Assembly (NCBI GenBank): GCA_050331455.1
Contig: JBHJGV010000015.1
Span: forward strand, 7,697 to 71,696
Origin: Alphaproteobacteria bacterium
Lineage (GTDB): Bacteria; Pseudomonadota; Alphaproteobacteria; JAJFIK01
Direction of reading: 5' to 3'
DNA length: 64,000 nucleotides
Part shown: one piece after another, positions 58,049 to 64,000 of the stretch
How the letters are laid out: every line of letters begins with the position of its first letter
How positions within the stretch are numbered: position 1 is the stretch's first letter
Program-made: the position numbers and the translations under genes
Notes under the pieces: generated by a model
What the model saw: the letters and a program-made list of their open reading frames with translations, nothing else
Databases searched by the model: none
What the model was told of the DNA's origin: nothing

Positions 58049-59545
58049 ATGCAGTGGTTCGACTCGCCATATGGGTCGCTGGGAGTCGTTCCCCGGCACC
58101 AGACCCAGGCCATTGCGCCTCTCGGAGCATATCCGCAGGGGCCCTATCCCCCTGCGCCACACCCGCAAATGGCCTACCAAATGGCTGTGGCCGGCGGGGA
58201 CCACTCGCTGTTTTACGGCCCCAATGGTCAGCCCTATGTGGCGCAGGCCTATGCCGGGTCCCCGCACCAAACGGACTACCCGCCCCACACTTACACGGCA
58301 GGTCCGCCCCATGCGGTCGGTCAGGGCCCTGTCGCGGAGCCCAACTACAACCCCTATGCGTTCTATCCGGATGGGAGCCAAGGCACCCAGCCCCAACCCC
58401 AACTGATGCCGATGCCGATGCCGATGCCGACGCAACAGCATCCGGCCCATTGGGGCCAGGCCTATTCCGATCCGGACTATGCGGGCGGTGGAGGCCATCA
58501 CGCCGGCACCATGCACCAGGGTTACGCCCAACATCCTTCATCGGCCCAGAACGCACCCTATCGGGGCGATCGGCAGGGATTCGGCCAGGAACAGATGGTC
58601 CAGAACCCCTATGGTCAGGTCGTCTACGCGGCGGATGGTGCCCATCACCAGGGCGTTGCCCAAGGCGGTCAGCCCTATCGCCAGGACCACGATCCCCATA
58701 GTGCGGGCAACGGCTACGGTTCTTACGCCCAAGGGCCCTACCCGCCGGGACAGCAGCCAACCTATCCCCCTGGCCAATATCCGAGCGGCCAATATCCCCC
58801 GCAGCCGGGTCAGTATCCCCCGCAAGGCGGCTACCCTCCAGGCTATGGCCATCCGGGCTATCCGCCCCAACATCCTGGTCCGGGCGGCTATCCGCCAATG
58901 CCGCCCGGAGGTGGTATGCAGTATCCGGACCAGAATGGATTCCTGCGCTGGATTTTTGCCTATTTCTGGGGCTGCGCCGGAGCTCTGCCCATCGTGATGA
59001 TCGGCTTTTTCCTATCCTTCAGCGCGATGGACCGGTTCAACAGCTTTGCCTCGGCCGTCATGATCATGATGATGCTCTCGCCGGTGTTCCTGGCGGCGAC
59101 CATGGCCGCCGGAGCCGTACCGACCATCGCCGCCCATTTCACGCTCCAGGGGATCCGGCGCATGGACGGCGCGAGCTACAGCGTCGCCGGCCTCATAGCC
59201 TGGGGTATTTTCGGGTTTTTCGGGTCGGTCTTCGCGTGGCTGTCGGTCAATGGCGCCCGCAGTTCGCGTTACAGCTCCGGTGACAGCGATGTCAGCATGC
59301 TTGGCCTGACGGTCACGGCCGGCCTGTCCGGGGCATTGGTGCTGTTCATCGTTTGGCTCATCCGGGTTCGGCCCATGATGTATGGCGGGATGTTGCCCGG
59401 ACGCACCCCGCCGGGACCACCGCCCGGCCCCCCTCCGGGACCGCCGCCCGCCCCCCCGCCGGAGCCGGCGCAACCCTCGTCGAACAAGAAGCCGGATCAG
59501 CCGAAACGCCCCGGTCCTTACGAAAGCCAGTATCCGTTCCTTTGA
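58049..59545 (+). CDS. Pro/Gln/Tyr/Gly-rich low-complexity protein with four C-terminal TM helices and a PPGP-repeat tail
   Basis: About 300 aa of compositionally biased sequence (YPPGQYPSGQYPPQPGQYPPQGGYPPGYGHPGYPP, PMPMPMP), then four hydrophobic helices and PPGPPPGPPPGPPPAPPP. GC3-rich and continuous, so it is likely a real gene. Confidence 0.6.
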   Translation: MQWFDSPYGSLGVVPRHQTQAIAPLGAYPQGPYPPAPHPQMAYQMAVAGGDHSLFYGPNGQPYVAQAYAGSPHQTDYPPHTYTAGPPHAVGQGPVAEPNYNPYAFYPDGSQGTQPQPQLMPMPMPMPTQQHPAHWGQAYSDPDYAGGGGHHAGTMHQGYAQHPSSAQNAPYRGDRQGFGQEQMVQNPYGQVVYAADGAHHQGVAQGGQPYRQDHDPHSAGNGYGSYAQGPYPPGQQPTYPPGQYPSGQYPPQPGQYPPQGGYPPGYGHPGYPPQHPGPGGYPPMPPGGGMQYPDQNGFLRWIFAYFWGCAGALPIVMIGFFLSFSAMDRFNSFASAVMIMMMLSPVFLAATMAAGAVPTIAAHFTLQGIRRMDGASYSVAGLIAWGIFGFFGSVFAWLSVNGARSSRYSSGDSDVSMLGLTVTAGLSGALVLFIVWLIRVRPMMYGGMLPGRTPPGPPPGPPPGPPPAPPPEPAQPSSNKKPDQPKRPGPYESQYPFL

Positions 59546-59638
59546 ACGGTCCGCATCCGGCGCTCCGCCCCATGACGCAATGCGCAATGCAACGCGTTTC
59601 GCAGGCGCACGCCACGATCCCTGCCCGGAAGCCCCGCC

Positions 59639-60874
59639 ATGTCCCCTTCGACCGAAAACAAGCCTCGCAAAGTGGTGCTCGCCTATTCCGGCGGTCTGGA
59701 CACCTCGATCATTCTGAAATGGCTGCAGACGACCTATGGCTGCGAAGTGGTCACCTTCACCGCCGATCTGGGTCAGGGGGAGGAATTGGAGCCGGCGCGG
59801 CGCAAGGCCGAAATGATGGGCGTCTCCCAGATCTTCGTGGAGGATCTGCGGGAGACCTTTGTCCGGGACTATGTGTTCCCGATGTTCCGCGCCAACACGG
59901 TCTATGAGGGTGTCTATCTGCTGGGTACCGCGATCGCCCGCCCCCTGATCGCAAAACGCCAAATTGAGATCGCCGCCGCCATGGGCGCTGACGCTGTCTG
60001 CCACGGCGCCACCGGCAAAGGGAATGACCAGGTCCGTTTCGAGCTCGGCTATTACGCGCTCAACCCTTCGATTCGCGTGATCGCCCCCTGGCGGGACTGG
60101 GACCTGACCTCCCGGGCGCGGCTGATCGAATTCGCCGAGGCCCACCAGATCCCCATCGCGAAGGACAAGCGCGGCGAGGCGCCGTTCTCGATCGACGCCA
60201 ATCTTCTGCACACTTCATCGGAGGGCAAGGTGCTGGAAGACCCGGGCAGCCCCGCGCCGGATTTCGTCTTTCAGCGGACGGTGGCGCCCGAAGAAGCCCC
60301 GGACACGCCTGAAGAGATCACCATCGGCTTCGAGGCCGGCGACGCGGTCAGCATCGACGGCGCCCCCTTGTCGCCGGCAACACTGCTCACCCGGCTCAAC
60401 GAGATCGGTGGGCGCAACGGAGTGGGACGCCTCGACCTGGTGGAGAACCGGTTCGTGGGTATGAAATCCCGGGGCATTTATGAGACGCCGGGCGGGACAG
60501 TGCTGCTCGCAGCCCACCGGGCCATGGAGTCACTCACCCTCGACCGGGGCGCCGCGCATCTGAAGGATGAGTTGATGCCGCGCTATGCGGAGCTGATTTA
60601 CAATGGCCTGTGGTTCTCGCCAGAGCGAGAAATGCTCCAGGCCTTGATCGATGAGAGCCAGACCCATGTCACCGGCGACGTGACCTTGCGGCTCTACAAG
60701 GGCTCGGTCCAGGTCATGGGCCGCCGGTCGCCGGCCTCTCTCTATTCGGAGGCCCATGTCACCTTCGAAGAAGACGCGGTCTACGACCAGGCCGATGCCA
60801 CGGGTTTCATCAGGCTGAACGCGCTGCGTCTGCGTCTGCTTGCGGAGCGGAACCGTCGCCTGACCCGGTCCTGA
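59639..60874 (+). CDS. argG: Argininosuccinate synthase
   Basis: [10 protein letters not shown]-loop and full-length type I ArgG. Confidence 0.95.
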   Translation: MSPSTENKPRKVVLAYSGGLDTSIILKWLQTTYGCEVVTFTADLGQGEELEPARRKAEMMGVSQIFVEDLRETFVRDYVFPMFRANTVYEGVYLLGTAIARPLIAKRQIEIAAAMGADAVCHGATGKGNDQVRFELGYYALNPSIRVIAPWRDWDLTSRARLIEFAEAHQIPIAKDKRGEAPFSIDANLLHTSSEGKVLEDPGSPAPDFVFQRTVAPEEAPDTPEEITIGFEAGDAVSIDGAPLSPATLLTRLNEIGGRNGVGRLDLVENRFVGMKSRGIYETPGGTVLLAAHRAMESLTLDRGAAHLKDELMPRYAELIYNGLWFSPEREMLQALIDESQTHVTGDVTLRLYKGSVQVMGRRSPASLYSEAHVTFEEDAVYDQADATGFIRLNALRLRLLAERNRRLTRS

Positions 60875-60907
60875 TCAGGCGCCCACTCTGCCCCGGACAG
60901 CCTCGGC

Positions 60908-62254
60908 TCAGACCGCCCCGCCTTTGAGCGTCTTACCGTCGACGGCCGTGCCTTGGACTGTCTGGGGCATGGTCTCCGGCGCCGGATGATCCGCGCCCAG
61001 ATCTCTTGCCGGGCTGACCCACAGGAAATACAGGAAGCTGATCAAATGGCGCAGGGGGAACCAACCCGCTGCGATCATGATGGCCATCACGGGCGAGACC
61101 TGGGGCAGCAAAGCGAAAAGCCCGGCCACGGCCAGCGCGGCCCAGATATTCGCCTTGAGCACATGCATTGTGTCCGCATGGCGGTTCAGGATCACGGCAT
61201 GGGTGTAGATGCTGTTGGCGAGCGCGAGCCCGTAACTCGGCAGGATCACCATGGCCACGCCGAAGGCCTCCCAGGGCATCGGCGTCAGCTTCAAGGGGAA
61301 CACCGCCACATAGAGCGCCGCGGCAATACCGAGGCCGGACATGGTGCCGAAGGCAATCACCAGCATCAGGCTGCGCACCGTGGGCAGCTTCTCCACAAAG
61401 CGGGAGAAGAAAATATAATAACCCGGCTTGATCAGATTCAGGATCAACCGGCCCGTTGAAAAGCCCAGGGAATAAAGGCCCACAAAGGCCGGCCCGGTGA
61501 TCTGAGCTAGGATCAGCTTGTCCACATGCAGCAGGGAATGGGGCACAAGCTGACTGAGGCTCGCCATGACCGCATCGCGCAGATCGTGGAGCCGGAACTG
61601 GCGTATCGCCGTTCCGAAATTGGCAACAAAGCCGAACTCCCGGATCACCCAGAAAAAGGCGACGAAGCCAACCAGGGACGACAGGCCCACAAAAATATAG
61701 GTGGCAAATTCGATGTCCCCCGTGGTGCGGATCGCGAGGACGAAGGCGGCAAAGCCGCCGCCATAGGCCGCCAGATTGATCCAAAAACTGGTCCGGAAAC
61801 GCTTGAGCGCCTGGTTGACGGACACAAACAGGTTTCCCGGAAATTTCAGGGCCGCGAAAACACCGAGCAGGCCGAAATAGGAAATGGCCGACGGGTCCCG
61901 GAAAACGGCGAAATGGATGAGGACGAAGACCAGAGTACCCGCCAGAGTGATCACGACCCGGGCCGTGAACAGGGCGATCATCGCCAGGGTGTCCCGTGCG
62001 ACGACCTTCTGCACGTAAACGGTTCCCATTTCGAACAGGGACAGAACGCCGAACATGCCCAGCACGGCGGTCATGATTCGGAAAACCCCCGCGTCCTCCG
62101 CCGTGTTGAAGGCGAAGAGATAGAGGATCACGACATAATTCACGATGCCCGGCAGCGCATTGCCCATCATGGAGTAAGGCGCGCTTTTGAAGACGAAGCG
62201 AAGCATGCCGCGGCGTTTTCCAGACCGGTCGGCCGGGGAGGTCAAAGCTGTCAC
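60908..62254 (-). CDS. Polysaccharide biosynthesis / oligosaccharide flippase (Wzx, MOP superfamily) membrane protein
   Basis: About 448 aa with 12-14 TM helices and flippase-like topology. GC is lower (about 59-60%). Confidence 0.7.
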   Translation of the reverse strand: MTALTSPADRSGKRRGMLRFVFKSAPYSMMGNALPGIVNYVVILYLFAFNTAEDAGVFRIMTAVLGMFGVLSLFEMGTVYVQKVVARDTLAMIALFTARVVITLAGTLVFVLIHFAVFRDPSAISYFGLLGVFAALKFPGNLFVSVNQALKRFRTSFWINLAAYGGGFAAFVLAIRTTGDIEFATYIFVGLSSLVGFVAFFWVIREFGFVANFGTAIRQFRLHDLRDAVMASLSQLVPHSLLHVDKLILAQITGPAFVGLYSLGFSTGRLILNLIKPGYYIFFSRFVEKLPTVRSLMLVIAFGTMSGLGIAAALYVAVFPLKLTPMPWEAFGVAMVILPSYGLALANSIYTHAVILNRHADTMHVLKANIWAALAVAGLFALLPQVSPVMAIMIAAGWFPLRHLISFLYFLWVSPARDLGADHPAPETMPQTVQGTAVDGKTLKGGAV

Positions 62255-62280
62255 GGGACGCTCCGTTCGTTACACATAGG

Positions 62281-62314
62281 CAGGGTCGTCATTGGGGCAG
62301 GGTCGTCATTGGGA
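62281..62314. repeat. 17-bp tandem direct repeat (cagggtcgtcattgggg x2) in the flippase/sulfotransferase divergent promoter region
   Basis: Read directly, 27 nt upstream of the flippase start codon. Confidence 0.85.
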
Positions 62315-62741
62315 TAGAGCGGGAAAATCCGGGCATCGACGGGGGATGGTTTGAGTGCGCAACCCGGGTGCCTGCACCATGCTTTGCCCTCTCGATGCCC
62401 CCCAGTCTTATAGTCGGGATAGGAGCGCCTGTCTGGCCAGGAATGCAAGGGCGCCGTCATAGGGCGATCCCAACAGGGCGATCCCGCGGACGGGCCTCGT
62501 GACGTATTCCTGGCGGCTGTTCCGTGGCGGCCGCGGCCGGCCTTGCGGAATTGCAATTGGACAGGATCCGGCGTTGTGGTCGATAGCCTGGCGTGGTGTC
62601 GTGATCAACGGACGGGGCAGGGTGGCTCCGGTTGATGACCAGGACCCGTTGGGTTAAGAGCACGAATGCTGCGTTGCGAAAGGAACCGGGGCCGACCGAG
62701 CCCGCGGTCAGTCCCGACCGAAGGCACGTGAAGGAAAGTGA

Positions 62742-63614
62742 ATGATGACGTCTGCGCCAGGAAAGACCGTCGCCGACCCCCGGGTCGTCTACATCCTCGG
62801 CAGCGGCCATTGCGGTTCAACCCTGCTTCATTTGCTGATGAACGCCCATCCGGAGCTGTGCGGGACCGGCGAGTTGACCTTCCTGACCAAGATGAAAAAG
62901 CGTGCAATGGAAGAAGGGCCGGACGTCAAGGAACTCGAAGCGGTCCGATCCGAATTCTGGCAGTCGGTGTTCGAACGGTTCCAGGCCGAGAGCGACGTTG
63001 CCCTCGAGGAACTCAGCCTGCGCGAGTTCATTAACAGTCCTATGGCGGATTATATACGGGGCAGCGGACGGTATCCCGCCTGGCGCGCGATGCATCTCGC
63101 CCTTTTCCGGGCCCTCGGAGAGGTGTCCGGCAGGGAATGGGTGATCGATTCCTCCAAGACGGCGGGACGCTGTCTCCAGCTTCACGGTGTGCTGGGCGAC
63201 CGGATGCGGGTCATTCACCTCGTGCGGGATCGGCGGGGCGTGTTCAGTTCCTATTTGAAAAAATACGGTGTGGGCTATGGACTGCGCAGTTCCATCCTGG
63301 TGCCGATCTATTGCTATCTCGCCCAGACCATCCTGCGCAAAGTGACGCTCCGCGTGCGCTATGAAGATCTGGTGCGCAATCCCGAAGCGACGCTGCGCAC
63401 GATCTGCCGCTTCCTTGGCATCGACTATAGCGCCCAGATGCTGGATTTCCGGTCGGTGCCCGATTACAGCGTCAACGGCAACCGAATGCGCTTTTCCTCC
63501 AGCAGCGAAATCGTCCTTGACGAGAAATGGCGCCGCACGCTTTCCAAGCGGAACAAGGCGATCTTCACGGTGTTCGGCGGCTGGCTGAACTGGCTGGAGG
63601 GCTATACCTCCTGA
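62742..63614 (+). CDS. Sulfotransferase-family protein
   Basis: 5'-PSB-like P-loop YILGSGHCGSTLL and 3'-PB-like IHLVRDRRGV. Good RBS AAGGAAAG. GC about 58-59%. Confidence 0.75.
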   Translation: MMTSAPGKTVADPRVVYILGSGHCGSTLLHLLMNAHPELCGTGELTFLTKMKKRAMEEGPDVKELEAVRSEFWQSVFERFQAESDVALEELSLREFINSPMADYIRGSGRYPAWRAMHLALFRALGEVSGREWVIDSSKTAGRCLQLHGVLGDRMRVIHLVRDRRGVFSSYLKKYGVGYGLRSSILVPIYCYLAQTILRKVTLRVRYEDLVRNPEATLRTICRFLGIDYSAQMLDFRSVPDYSVNGNRMRFSSSSEIVLDEKWRRTLSKRNKAIFTVFGGWLNWLEGYTS

Positions 63615-64000
63615 CCGTCCCCGGGCATGGTGTTTGGGAGCGGCGCCAGGGATGTGATCGTCGGGGCCTCGCCGCACAAGGGACACGCAGGATCCGGCGG
63701 CAGGCGCACCATCCGGCTGGTCGTCGACAGAAAATCCTGAATGAGCAGGCGGCCGGCGAGGCCGTCGCCGATCCCCAGCAGTTCCTTGATCACCTCGATG
63801 GCCTGAAGCGTCCCCATGGCGCCGGCGACGGCACCCAGAATGCCGACCTCCGAGCACATATCCGTATCCGGATTGTCCGGCGCCCGCGGCACGAAGCAGC
63901 GGTAGCAGGGATAGATGCGCCGTCCGCCGGGGCGCTCAAAGGCTTTGTAGGTCGCAAGCTGTCCGTCGAAGCGCGCCACGGCGGCGGACACGAGGGGCCG
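63602..64000 (-). CDS. ThiF/MoeB-family adenylyltransferase (C-terminal part; gene continues beyond window)
   Basis: The C-terminal segment (GILGAVAGAMGTLQAIEVIKELLG, Cys pairs CYRC...CPLC) matches the MoeB/ThiF C-terminus. Confidence 0.75.
   Translation of the reverse strand, partial: RPLVSAAVARFDGQLATYKAFERPGGRRIYPCYRCFVPRAPDNPDTDMCSEVGILGAVAGAMGTLQAIEVIKELLGIGDGLAGRLLIQDFLSTTSRMVRLPPDPACPLCGEAPTITSLAPLPNTMPGDGQEV

Noticed and set aside
1-64000. Mobile elements, prophage, toxin-antitoxin or defence-system genes
   Set aside because: No transposase, integrase, recombinase, phage structural, nuclease/ATPase defence or TA-like ORFs were recognisable. The accessory character here comes from metabolic and lipid/glycan islets instead.

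Overview
This is a high-GC (roughly 65-70%) chromosomal segment whose gene content and order point to an alphaproteobacterium, plausibly Rhodospirillales-like. Supporting genes are rpoH, an Rrf2/IscR-led suf operon that begins with a nifS-like gene, the rpoE-chrR pair and an IalB-family protein.

Most of the window is core metabolism and housekeeping:
- rpoH (partial), a DEAD-box helicase, purA, serA-serC;
- the full suf Fe-S assembly operon;
- anmK, tyrS, argG, rlmN, RNA methyltransferases, a beta-carbonic anhydrase and an M20 peptidase;
- an ABC exporter and several hydrolase genes.

Four accessory-looking modules sit among these.
1. A minus-strand operon encodes an MMPL/RND transporter, a type III polyketide synthase and an ICMT-family membrane O-methyltransferase. 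I read this as a phenolic-lipid synthesis and export cluster. A 15-bp tandem repeat (four copies) lies between the transporter and the PKS.
2. A divergent four-gene operon encodes an AtuA/DUF1446-like protein, a biotin carboxylase-BCCP fusion with no carboxyltransferase partner, a nitronate monooxygenase-family protein and a TIGR03084/MDMPI_N-like protein. Its biochemical role is unknown.
3. Two lower-GC islets are present. One carries an SDR remnant, a cupin and a GT2 glycosyltransferase. The other carries a Wzx-like flippase and a sulfotransferase, divergently transcribed across a repeat-containing intergenic region.
4. A large Pro/Gln/Tyr/Gly-rich protein with four transmembrane helices is encoded between a GNAT gene and argG.

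Other points:
- A (GTGCCC)6 microsatellite sits just upstream of a PAS-GGDEF-EAL signalling gene whose 5' end is AT-rich.
- I found no tRNA or rRNA genes, CRISPR arrays, transposases or integrases.
- Many long ORFs in the six-frame track are antisense or run-through artefacts of the high GC content. Gene starts were re-estimated from protein-family N-termini.
- Raw-sequence positions and track coordinates disagreed by about 1 nt in a few places, so coordinates are approximate.
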